Shown: positions 39,794 through 51,135 of the stretch, one piece after another | Layout of the letters: every line of letters begins with the position of its first letter | Position numbering within the stretch: the stretch's first letter is position 1 | Origin: Squalus acanthias | Taxonomy: Eukaryota | Assembly: GCA_030390025.1 (NCBI GenBank) | Contig: CM059432.1 | Location: 58,592,001 to 58,656,000 of the forward strand | Direction: 5' to 3' | Length of the DNA: 64,000 nt | Translations under genes and position numbers: made by a program | The notes under the pieces: generated by a model | Seen by the model: the letters and a program-made list of their open reading frames with translations, nothing else | Databases searched by the model: none | What the model was told of the DNA's origin: nothing

Positions 39794-40027
39794 TCTGCTG
39801 GTGTATATGTCACTTGAGGATGAAATGTTATAAGCGCTCAGTCAATGTGGAGAGAGGTTATTCCAAGGAGGTCACAGTGCATATAGATCTCACAACACAC
39901 ACTTACAACCTCAATACACCTGAAAAATGTCTTCCAAATCCTGAAATTAGAAAGTTCTGGCATTTGAAATTGAACTGTTGTGGCAGGTTAGCTTTTATGC
40001 TGCAGTTGCAGCTGTGAACTATTCAGC

Positions 40028-40340
40028 ATAAGAAATAGGAGCAGGAGTAGGCCATTTGGCCCTTCAAGCCTGCTCCACCATTCAATAAGATCATGGCTGA
40101 TCTTCTACCTCATCTCCACTTTCCTGCACTATCCCCATATCCCTTGATTCCCTTAATATTCAAAAATCTATCGATCTCTGTCTTGAATATACTCAACAAC
40201 TGAGCCTCCACAGCCCTCTGGGGTAGAGAATTCCAAAGATTCACCATCCTCTGAGTGAAGAAATTTCTCCTCATCTCAGTCCTAAATGGCCAACCCCTTA
40301 TTCTGAGACTGTGACCCCTGGTTCTAGACTCCCCACCAGC
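40028..40340 (-). mobile_element. CR1 3' end inside element D
   Basis: GESRTRGHSLRIRG.PFRTEMRRNFFTQRMVNLWNSLP; same subfamily as 36495-36824. Confidence 0.9.
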
Positions 40341-41027
40341 AGCTTGTTGGAACACCCAACACAATCAACTGTGTGTTTGTCGAATGCCTAAGAACACGGT
40401 GAAAATATGGCAAAATTGAAAAACCCTGTCTGTTAACTACCTTAAGTGCCTCTCCAGCCGCTTGGTGTCGGGTCTGATCTGGAGTCGCAGACCCGACACT
40501 TTGGAAAGTCGCGTGGAAGCGGGTTCGTGGCGGGTTCAATCATTTTGGTTTTAACTCCTGACCCGCCTCCAAACCTGCCCTCTGAGCTCTGGCAACATCG
40601 CGGCCTGAAAGTCAGCAGCCTTCCACCAGCCATGCTGCAGCCACTGGGGTAGCACTGCGTGACATCAGTAGGATAGGCAAAGGCACACGCAAGACAGTCA
40701 CTAAGAGAATGCATAAGGGTGATGAGTTGATTTCTTTATGTCATATTGGATGGATAGGTATATAAAGTTGGATTGAAAAGTTTGCTTTGTGGTGCCTTTT
40801 ATTTCAGCATCATGGCCAAGAGGACACTGTGATGGTCAGTAACAGAGGGAAGGTAAGGTGTGGGACTAATGTTGAAAGGGGAATTGGGGTTGTGGTCACT
40901 GGTACCGCAGGCAGATGATTCCATCCCGGATATCCTGGTCAGAAAGGGGCTGTCTGGGATGCATCCTTCCGTCTGCTTCCTCCTCTTCTGCTTCCTCCTT
41001 TTCTGTGTCTTCCTCTTCCCTCTGCAA

Positions 41028-41171
41028 GTGGATGCTGTAAATCTGAAATGACAGCATAAAATGTTGGAAATACTCAGCAGGTCAGGCAGCATCACCACCT
41101 GAGATGTGAACTCTTTCTCTCTCCACGGATGCTGCTTGACCTGTTGAGTATTTGCAGCATTTTCTGTTTTC
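41028..41171. mobile_element. Palindromic Penelope-like-derived repeat
   Basis: GGAAATACTCAGCAGGTCAGGCAGCATC followed by its reverse complement GATGCTGCTTGACCTGTTGAGTATTT. Confidence 0.65.
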
Positions 41172-41689
41172 TCAGAGGCCTTCCTTTACCATCCGAGGCT
41201 TTGCAAGTGTCCAACAGCATTCCCTACACACTTAAAACATTTTTAGTATCTATTGCAGCAAGCCACTACTTCAATAAAATAAAAAAAAAGTCCAAAAGCG
41301 TAAATGCAAACTTACCTGGGAGATGTGTGTGTCCCTTTAAGAGGTGCTGACAGTGCCACTGTCAGTCTGTTTGCACGCTGGGTTTCCCTGGCGTGGTTAT
41401 GACCCAGTACTAAACTCAACACTAGGGTCGAAGTTGGGCATGGTGACGTTAGGTTGGACGTCACCAATCTGCCTTTTTTTTGCAGGGCATTAATACTTAC
41501 TGGCAGTGCTATGACGTTGAAAATGGAGGACGCCGCGGGACGCGCCACCAGCTGGTGAAAGAGAAGCCACTGCCGCTCTTTCGCCATTTTTTGCCAGTAC
41601 GGGTAGTGTAAAGCCACCGAATTTTTTGGCCTTTTTTTTAACTGTCATTCAGTTGCAAGCTGATAAGTACTGTCAGGATTTCATGGAAG

Positions 41690-42670
41690 AAGACCAGGAA
41701 AAAAATTAGGGAGATCAGATGGCATCAGATGCAGACTGCACAAACCTATCATTATGTCAACTGTATCTACAGATCCACATACAGCCATCAGAACTGCCTC
41801 CACAGGCTGAGGTTCAGCAGCGAAGCAGTTACAGAGCCGTGCCATCTGCTGCAAGGACACCTGCAGCCCAGCACCACTTGTGGCAGTCAAGGTCACCATC
41901 TCACTCAACATTTATGTCTCCACCTGCTTCCAAGCTACCCCATGGGCAATCTGCAGGATCAGCAAAGTTGCTGTCTACAGATTTATCAGACTGATGCATT
42001 GTTCAGCAGGGCCAACACTTTTATCGCTGTTTCACTGGGTAGCAACAGTCACATGACAATTTCACTGTCCTGCAGGATTTCCCAAAGTTACAGGGATCAT
42101 TGATGGTACCCATATACAGGAAACTCTTTATTAACCGGCACCAACGGGACCGGCGTGGTGCCGGTTAATCAAAAAGTCCGGATAATGGAGAGTTATATCT
42201 CCCAACGTACGAGAACCCCGTACACATTGACATGCGCCTGCATTCGGAGCTCCGTCTCCCCGGGGACCGCCAGCTGACCATCTGTCGTGTCCGCTGCCTA
42301 CCCGGGCTGCACATTCCCCTCCCAATCTACACGCTCCGATACAAGGCAAACGCCTCGGGGATTTTTTTTAAGTTATTTTTAAAGGAGAGATGAAGGAAAA
42401 CCCCGGTTACCTACTCAAGAATTTTGCCGGTTAAGAGAGATTTCCGGTTATTTGGGTGCCGGTTAAAAGAGAGTTTCCTGTAGTCATCTGAGTCTTTGAG
42501 CACAATCCAATGGCCTACATAAAAAGAGCTTCAACTCAATGTGCAGCTGGTCAATGACTAACAGCGCCGTATCACAAGGTCAATGCCTACTACCTAGGCA
42601 GCAGGCACAATGCTTTCAATTTAAGACAATCATCTCTACCAGGTGCCTTTGAAAGTGGAGGTAGTCTAGA
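41690..42670 (+). pseudogene. Decayed Harbinger nuclease remnant
   Basis: CLHRLRFSSEAVTEPCHLL, GFPKVTGIIDGTH, NVQLV, GSRHNAF.LRQS. Confidence 0.75.
42117..42480. mobile_element. Tc1/mariner-superfamily (pogo/Tigger-like) MITE, 364 bp, TSD TA
   Basis: TA|CAGGAAACTCTTTATTAACCGGCACC ... GGTGCCGGTTAAAAGAGAGTTTCCTG|TA (24/26 TIR). Confidence 0.9.
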
Positions 42671-44327
42671 AGGATACATCCTGGGAGTTGTTTCCCCATT
42701 CTTAATCTCACAGGATACCAGTCCTCCGATTCTACGCGATCGGAGAATACAATTGCTCCTGGACTAGGATCCTTTGTTAATAGGTTTATTTGGGTTGAGC
42801 AGAGGAACTGGGCCTCACCAGGCCATTCGGAAATTCTGACGAAAGGCTGGCATCCGGCATATCCAGGTGGCCATTCTGCCATATTCCCACCGGAGTCACA
42901 GCAGGGGTGCACTAAAAGGGCTTCAGATTTTCAGCCTGAGATCTTCCCACGTTCATAACAGAATGCCTTTTCCAGAGAGTAGCAGTGACGGTGTGTGAAA
43001 TGGTCCCCCTAGTCCACATAGTCTCACTAGAGTGCTTGGAAAAATAAGTTTGCTACCAGGATGCACTAGTGGGCAGAGTAAAAATACAAAAGTTACATAA
43101 CATTACTAACAACTTTTTCTGTGTCTGTTTCATTATCATTGACTTTTTTTCTGGTTGCACACTGTGATCAGTTAATGACTAATGGAAGTATATCACACTA
43201 TTATGCTGCATAATATCAATATTGTATAATATTGTAAAGCAGTCACAAAATGAATGACATAATCTACCTAACATCACTGATATAAGTAGTTTTTCAAAGA
43301 TTTTGTAATTAACCAGTCAAACTAAGCTGAAAGTGAAAAGCACATTATGATACAATATTAATCAACACTTGACAACATACCACGGAGCTGCAGCACGGCA
43401 GATTACTTCTCCCCATGGAGAAATTTGCTGTGAGCTTTTGTCAAACTATCTTTTCAATTAAAATTTCAAACATGTAACATTCAAGCAATTAATTTTGGAA
43501 ACCAAGAGAGTATTTAGAAGTAAATAGCCACAGGCCTCGGAGTTTATCGCTTTGTACACTCTGGAATTTCTCAGTTTAGTACTTAATTGCGGTTTATTTT
43601 TCTCTCTCTCTGTGGCTGTGGGACAGCCAATGATATTCCTTTCAGTCTTAATAATGGACAAAGAATAATAGCGCATGTGCGTGGCTAGTGCTACCATGTG
43701 ATTAAAGAGAAACCATCAGTTCCAGGTGAACTTCTCAGTTTAGGGGTTTAGAATAGTATATATATATATGCTACATGTACGACAACCTATCCAAAAATCT
43801 ATAAAAGGCTTAGTTTTCCAGTAAAACGCGTCAGCTCAGTTCAGGCTAATTCCCAGTGACACTCTAGAAAGGCGTGCTGTTTTTCCTTTACATAGAAATT
43901 GCCATCAGCTTAAATGAAAGAAGAAAAATAACTCGCAGACCACTGAACTAGCTTGTTTCTTGGTGGGAAAAAGCTGTCGTGCTTAAATTCGTATAAATCT
44001 GTGACTTTAATACATCAGTGCACTGGTGCCGCACATTGATCACTGACGGCTCAAGACTTGCATTAGTGGAGCAGTGGGAATAGCTCTCTAATCTATCCTA
44101 TCACCAGGTGAGTAAACAAGAGAGAGCAACAAAAAGAACTTGTCACCAGAGGGAAAAGAACAGCAGGTTCAGGTCAATTGTTTTTTTTTAGCTGCAAATA
44201 GAATATCTCTTGAACCTTATTAGAGGAGAAACCAAATAACAATAGAATAAAGGGTCATTCTCTAGTAATGTCCCTGTATAAGATGCTTAAAAGCTGTTTA
44301 TTGGAAGGATAATTGTTTCATTCTCCT

Positions 44328-44625
44328 TTCTAAACCTGTGACCTCTACCACCTCGGACAAGGGCAGCAAGTGTATGACAACCCCACCACCTCCAAGTTCC
44401 CCTCCAAGTCACAAGCGATCCTGACTTGGAAATATATCGCCGTTCCTTCATCTTCGCTGATTCAAAATTCTGGAACTCCCTCCCCAACAGCACTGTGGAA
44501 GTACCTTCACCACACGGACTGCGGCGGTTCAGGAAGGCTCACGACCAACTTTTCAGGGCAACTAGTGAAGGACAATAAAAGCCGGTCTTGCCAGCGACAC
44601 CCACACCCCAAGAATTAATTAAAAA
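44328..44625 (+). mobile_element. 3' end of the second LINE family
   Basis: Aligns to 57470-57775 (GGAACTCCCTCCC.AACAGCACTGTGG..GTACCTTCACCACAC) with an A-rich tail. Confidence 0.8.
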
Positions 44626-44894
44626 AAGAACATTAAAAAAATATAAGAAGATAAATTAAAATAAAACCGGAATGTGCATCATTAAAATATGCTATAGATG
44701 ACTTCCTAAAAACATTGGCCTTGATACTCCATGGGGGTTCTTCCTGTCTCCCTCTGTAACTGGTGGATGACGGATATAACCTGCAGGGAAACAGCATAAA
44801 TTTCTGAAAATGGCCATTTGTGCCATTTCACTGGGAGGTCCACTGGTTACAGTGGAAGACTGGGAGAATCCCTGCAGGATTACAGAGCCATAAA

Positions 44895-46190
44895 CCCTGA
44901 TATTTACAGGGAGGCGAGGAGGGAGCGGGGACACGTGTCTGCAGCCGGGAAACCCGGAAATGCTGGCAACGTGAAGGTCCTGCCAAATTTACCGGCAGGA
45001 CCGCATTAGCATTTTTAAATTTCATTTCCGCCCAGCAGCCAGCCAGATTGAGAGGATAGAAGTTCAGGGCCTGGTGGGGGGCTCAGAGCACAGAAGCAAG
45101 GAGGGAGGGATTGATGCGTGGAGGGCAGAAAATTGCAGGGGAGGTCCGATGCTCATGGAGGGGGTCTGAAGATCACGCGGGGGTCGGCAGATCATGGGGG
45201 CGGGGGGCCTGAATATTTGCTTGAGGGGCTAGGGGAAGCACTCCAGCTCCTCCTGGCCCACAAGCAGTGCTCCAAAAATCACTTACCTGCTGGATCTCCC
45301 ACCTCCCTTATTGGATTTCCCAAGCCCCCGGAAACCTGGTAAATTCAAATGGCTCCTAAAATCTGAGGAACGAAGCCTCATTTAAATATTGGCCCGGATT
45401 TTGCGGTCGGTATGGCGGCGCACTCTCAGAGTACGCCGCCTTACTTCCTTTGAAATCCACCGCAAGTTTGGGATTTCTGCTTGCACATGTGCGAAATTCG
45501 GAACTTGCGGTCTGTCAGCTTACACATTGACAGGCCATCTGCGCAGGCCACGATAAAGCAATTGCTGGCGCAGAGTTGGGCTATTTTCCCACCGACTGGC
45601 CAGCAATTGTACAGGGAAATGTTACAGTTGATGCAAACAGGCATAGGGCCTGTTTGCTTCAGCGTAAGGTGATACCTCAGGCATTATTGAAACATTTTCA
45701 TATCGTAAATTATACACATACACAGAATCAAATGAGTTTCTGCAAATATTGGCCCGGATTAGAGTTTTAATGATGGCTGAAAGTATTATCAAAAAGTTAA
45801 ATTTTGAGTGAGTTTGGTGAAATGAAGCTATTTTCCAATTCTGTAAATTGTAATTAGATCAGACTTCGGGATTCCATTACATCTCATTTTGGAATTCCCT
45901 TCAGAAATGATTAAAATGGCATTCTGCTTTGTGATTGGAGGACCAGACCTATGTGATCTCAGGTACGCTTCCGTACCGCTTGCGTCCCTGGGATCCGTGG
46001 GCCATTACACTGTCCTCCACTTCGCATTCTCAGACTGCAAGTTTTTGCAGCCTCACCACCAGCAAGTAGGTGTATATTCCTCCGACCGCAATTTTTGGCC
46101 CATTATAATCACAGACCTCCCGCCACAGTTAAACCGGAAATAGGCATGCTCACGGCAGGTTGGGGTCAGGTTTTACATATTTACCGATAG
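44895..46190. mobile_element. Harbinger-type non-autonomous element hosting a second MITE
   Basis: Carries the reverse complement of the donor/GGAG-hairpin module at 45222-45290; boundaries approximate. Confidence 0.55.
45391..46101. mobile_element. Harbinger-type MITE, TSD ATT
   Basis: ATT|GGCCCGGATTTTGCGGTCGG ... CCGACCGCAATTTTTGGCCC|ATT (15/20 TIR). Confidence 0.8.
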
Positions 46191-46392
46191 GTAATGGTCT
46201 TAAATTTGTTGTTACTTTTTACACACATTTTCAAGAGCATCCAACATAAATTAATTATTCTATTCTATCAAAACAGAGTTTAGTTTTTAATCATGCTTAT
46301 CTCTTCTGTATGTTTTTAATTAATAAGCTATTTAAGCCTGAAAATTACTGAGCAATGGTATCATTCCAACACATAACACTGTGATATTAGAA

Positions 46393-46730
46393 TTTCATAG
46401 AACTTACAGTACAGAAAAAGGCCATTCGGCCCAACAGGTCTATGCCGGTGTTTATGCTCCATACGAGCCTCCAGCCACCTTACTTTATCAACAGATCCTT
46501 CGATTCCTTTCTCCTTCATGTATGTATCTGACTTCTCCTTAAATACATCTATGCTATTCACCTCAGTCACTGCATGTGGTAGTGTGATCTGCATTCTCAC
46601 CACTCACTGAGAAAAAAGTTTCTCCTGAATTCCTTGCTGAAATTTATTAGTGACTATCTTATATTTATGGCTCCTAGTTGTGGGATCCCCTACAAGTGGA
46701 AACAACCTCTCTAAGTCTACCCTATATTGA
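46393..46730 (-). mobile_element. CR1 3' end
   Basis: Same subfamily 3' region as 8820-9142 and 52548-52900. Confidence 0.8.
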
Positions 46731-46835
46731 ATTCCTCTTGTCACTATTTTATTAGAGGTGTTAAATGCCATTTATCTTACCTTGGTTAACACCTCTGTTA
46801 AAATAACAGAGAGAAGAATTTGATACAACCACATT

Positions 46836-47357
46836 GGGGTAGATTGCCGATCGGCAGAGTGGGCCAATCTGTTCCTGCCAGCCCGAGGACTGAGCCATTA
46901 CCATGGCGCTGGCAAACTGCACACCCCGAATGGACATCCTGCTGCTGCTTGCTGGTTCAGGGCCAGTCCAATTTTGGGCAGCTCAGAGACCAGCAGGCAG
47001 GTTGATACAGGGAGGGATCAATCTCGGAGGAGTGTCTGCAGCCCACAGTATTCTTGTGGAGCCCAGAGGGGCACTCCTGCTCCTCCCAGCCTCACAAAAA
47101 TGTTTCTGTCCTTACATTTTGGGACCTTTTTCTGCTTCACCCCACCCGGTACAACTGGGCTGAGCGTGCACACTGCAGTTAGCCCTCAAAATTGCATTAA
47201 GGTCCTATATACGTCATAGGACCCCAAGTTGCATAGTAATAAGGCTCCCTTCTAATTCAGGCAAACACCTGGGCTGCACAGCGCAAGACCCCAATAAATA
47301 TGACGGGACGGTAAGTGGATAACATTTCTGCCGGGCAGACCAAGATAAAATCAGCCC
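46836..47357. mobile_element. Harbinger-type MITE
   Basis: GGGGTAGATT ... AAAATCAGCCC ends; hairpin module on the minus strand at 47055-47117. Confidence 0.65.
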
Positions 47358-47454
47358 TATGGAGCATCCAGACAATTACATCACTCACAGTATTTTCCAG
47401 GCTTTAGTGATGATATGGTTATCTTCTCCAGAATGGTGTCCTCTGAACAAGACT

Positions 47455-48280
47455 GATCCTGATCCTGCTCCTGCTCCGGCTCTGCCTCCTGCTCCTGTTT
47501 TGGCTCCTGGTCCAGTTCCGGCTCCTTGTCCTGGTCCTGATCCTGCTCCTGCACCTGCTCCTGCTCCGGTTCCGGCTCCTGCTCCTGATCCTGCTCTGGC
47601 TCCTGCTCCGGCTCCGGCTCTGGCTCCTGCTCCTGATCCTGCTCTGGTTTCTTCTCCTGCTCCGGCTCCGGCTCCTGCTCCTGCTCCAGATCCTGCTCCG
47701 GTTCCGGCTCCTGCTCCTGATCCTGCTCTGGCTCCTGCTCCGGCTCCGGATCCGGCTCCTGCTCCTGATCCTGCTCTGGTTTCTTCTCCTGCTCCGGCTC
47801 CGGCTCCGGCTCCTGCTCCAGATCCTGCTCCAGCTCCGGCTCCTGCTCCTGATCCTGCTCTGGTTCCTTCTCCTGCTCCTGCTCCGGCTCCGGCTCCTGT
47901 TCCAGATCCTGCTCCGGTTCCGACTCCTGCTCCTGCTCCGGCTCCGGCTCCTGCTCCTGCTCCTGCTCCAGATCCTGCTCCGGTTCCGGCTCCTGCTCCT
48001 GATCCTGCTCTGGCTCCTGCTCCGGCTCCGGCTCCTGCTCCTGATCCTGCTCTGGTTTCTTCTCCTGCTCCGGCTTCGGCTCCTGCTCCGGCTCCTGCTC
48101 CAGATCCTGCTCCGGCTCCGGCTCCTGTTCCAGATCCTGCTCCAGTTCCGACTCCTGCTCCTGCTCCTGTTCCTGCTCCTGCTCCGGCTCTGGCTCCTGA
48201 TCCTGATCCTGCTCTGGTTCCTTCTCCTGCTCCAGATCCTGCCCCTGCTCCAGCTCCGGTTCTGTCTGCTGCTGCTGCTG
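47455..48280. repeat. Hexamer-based minisatellite (CCTGCT/CCGGCT/CCTGAT) with higher-order units
   Basis: ~820 bp of tandem hexamers punctuated by recurring CTGGTTTCTTCT / CCGGTTCCG blocks. Confidence 0.95.
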
Positions 48281-48359
48281 TATTATTTAATGTCAAATTA
48301 AAATCTTATTTTAAATGTCAGAATGAACTGAGAATCTCCAAACTAACTACATTTGTTAA

Positions 48360-48463
48360 TGTTCTGATGAAAGATTATCAACCTGAAATGTAAACTCTGT
48401 TTCTCTCTCCACAGAGGTTGTCTGACCTGCTGAGTGTTTCCAGCATTTTCTGTTTTTATTTCA
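48360..48463 (+). mobile_element. Penelope-like-derived fragment with a hammerhead-ribozyme-like core
   Basis: CTGATGA-AAGATTATCAACCT-GAAA at 48364-48388, followed by the same CTCTGTTTCTCTCTCCACAGA...CCAGCATTTTCTGTTTTT arm as the palindromic copies. Confidence 0.6.
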
Positions 48464-50861
48464 TTTTACCATTTTTTTATGTTAGATTATCTATACTTTG
48501 ATAAGCTTTCAATTAATTTAACACACAAATTATTTGAAACTATTACAAGCCTGCTGATACATGGACTGGAGAACAAGGATAGATTAGTAGAGAATTCATA
48601 CAAGGCTCATTAAAAAAAACATGAACTGCAGTATGCCCACAGAGCTACTTACTGACAAATGGGATGCTATCCACAATGTCACCCACTGAGCTGCTATAGA
48701 TGGGGCAGCTGCTGTTGCCTTGAGACATGAAAGAACATTAGACAGACTGCAACAAGCTGACAAACACAGCAAAGCTTGCAATAATTTACCAAGTGTGGTT
48801 AACCTATCCAATATGCCGGTGTTTAATTATGAAAGAAAGCCTCTTCAAGGATCCATATCTGTTTTTATTGACTTAACCAGCACCTCCACAGCTGTGTCTG
48901 TGAACCTGTGTGCTCTAATATGACTCATTTTGCAGATGTCCAACCTTTGCACAAAGGCAGCCACAGATTTTAGCAACTTGAATGCAACCTCCCTTTAAGA
49001 GGTGCATTCACACTTTAAATAGTGAGCGTGTGGCCTGCAGGATATCCCGCCCTCTAAGTCTGTCACCGGCGCAAACTGGTAGGCTGCCCCCCCCCCCCCC
49101 CACCAGTTAAAATGATCTAGGCCTCACATTGATAATATTGGACGAGTGGGCTGCCAACCCCACCTGCCCCACCCACCGGTCGTCCGAAAACCACAGCCAA
49201 TTAAAATCCCCCTCAAGTGTTTGGCACAGCCATTGGATCACTCGTCTTGAAGGTTGTAGGAATTTTGGTTACAGAAGAACTTAAGGAACAAGAACATTCA
49301 GTGACAAATCTATGGTGTATTAAAAATCTTGCGTCTGCATGCCCTTCCTGTGTCAACATTTTTCCATTATAAACTCCTTGGTCCACCATTAAAATGGAAT
49401 CTGCCTTTGTAAGATTGTTGTGCTGTAATTATTCCCTCTCAGTAGTGGTGGTGCTGTCGTGTCTCATGTTTGCATTGCTCAGCTTCTCAGCCAATTCTGC
49501 TGAGAATCTCTTATGTTGCAACTTTTCTGCTACCCAAATTGCAATAAAAAAGGACAGAATATATGACTTTTAAATGGGGACTGAATTATTCTGTGCACCC
49601 TGATCCAATTATTTCCCACCCTCTAACTCCTTTTCACCTGAAAAATACACTCTGATGGAACTCCACAAAAGATCAAGTAGTAATAATGTGTTTATGTGTC
49701 CTACAAATGACACAGTCATCATTTTTCACAAAGGTGGTATGGACGTCTCTAGCAATGCTAGCAACATTAAATTTACCCTCTTACCTGGATGCCCTGGCAA
49801 AGTGATAACTCAGTGGTACCTGAATATTGAAGTATACAGTAAAACCACTCGGAAGAATCAGTTCGTGGGGTATTCTTTGGCACATAGTAGTGAATTTTAG
49901 TAGTAAATGCTTGATTTATCTCATGGCACAACTAAGGAGGAAATTAAAAAGACAGCTCAGAGTTTTGATTAAATGGATAGTAACAATACTCAGACAGAAG
50001 TCCAGCTAACACTGTAGTCCTAAGGTATACACTATCCCGGACTATCTGAACCGTTCCCCATGTCCTCAGGGAAAACCAACACCAAGGATGCTTTCAAATT
50101 CATTTGGATGCTGCAAACAACATTCAACTACTTCTAAGTCCTAGAGCAGCAAGACATTTTTTTTGTGTTTGAAATCCTTGTGTCAGATTTCTACTGTTGT
50201 TCTGTAGGAGAGAGCAATAGAACATCAGACAGAAGGCTGCGCAAGGTAAGGTACTGTTGGCCAGGAACTCTGGAGATTCATGCTAGCAGAGCATGAATTA
50301 ACAATGTGGCAGTTCTTTTACTTGCTGTGTAATATAACTTACACAATCAAGGAAGATTAGTCATAGATGCATGAAAGAGTCCAAAATTGAGTAAAAACCA
50401 AAGATATTCAACAAAAGAAATGGACTAACATGTATTACAATAAACACTAACAACAGCTAACCATACTGAGGTTATGAGTGTATGTTAAGGCATATAAACC
50501 TAGAAATTACTGTTGGAAATGTTTGTCATATTAACATTTATATGGCATACTTCTATCCACTATTTTCAGGCAGAAGTTAAATTGTTCATTGTTAATGCGT
50601 TAATGTCACCACTAAAATGGCAAAGCAATATTATATGAATGCAATAAACTATTATCACTGAATGTAATTTCTAGGCTTTATTATCTCTTTATAGGGTTTG
50701 CATCCTAAATTTTGATACACAAAACAATATAGACTGAAGATTAATTACAAACTTTAGTTTTTCAACTATATATAGATAATTCTGTGCATCTGACATAATG
50801 TGGAATTTATTCTTAGTCAAGACCAAGACCAACTCAACGCCTAGCCAGAAAGCAAAACAAT

Positions 50862-51135
50862 CCAGATGCTGCAAATCTCAAACAAAAAACAGAAATGCTG
50901 GAAACACTCAGCAGATAAGACAGGCAGCATCTGTGGAGAGAACAGAGAACTCAGTGTTTCAGGTGTGGACCCTTTTGACAAAGGGTCCACACCTGTAACA
51001 TTGACACATGCTGCCTGCCTTGCTGTGTCTTTCCAGCATTTCTATTTCTGTTCCAAATGTAGTTATTTTAATGTCTGTTCCTTCCACAGAGGCTGCTGAC
51101 CTGCTGAGTGTACCAGCATTTTCTGTTTCTGTTCA
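50862..51135. mobile_element. Palindromic Penelope-like-derived repeat
   Basis: Arms AACAGAAATGCTGGAAACACTCAGCAG / CCAGCATTTCTATTTCTG around central palindrome CAGGTGTGGACCCTTT-TGAC-AAAGGGTCCACACCTG. Confidence 0.65.

Larger units (their letters stand above)
33664..40605. mobile_element. Harbinger element D, near complete, TSD TGA
   Basis: TGA|GGGCTGGATTTT ... AACATCGCGGCC|TGA; flanks rejoin as the element C Myb exon homologous to 20971-21036. Confidence 0.9.
32523..41631. mobile_element. Harbinger element C (decayed, internally deleted), host of element D
   Basis: Myb exon 1 at 32958-33186 (WLQCPKKLHDL..VK|GTCAGT); last exon resumes at 40606; nuclease acidic-tail remnant ~40900-41025; right end GAATTTTTTGGCC; left end approximate. 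Confidence 0.7.

Noticed and set aside
47359..48393. Proline-rich or fibroin-like CDS
   Set aside because: Explained by a hexamer tandem repeat; no signal peptide, domain or supporting exons; kept only as a low-level finding
48590..49213. Another Harbinger remnant
   Set aside because: Only a promoter-like CCCTTTAAGAGGTGC and a TIR-like end are visible; too decayed to delimit
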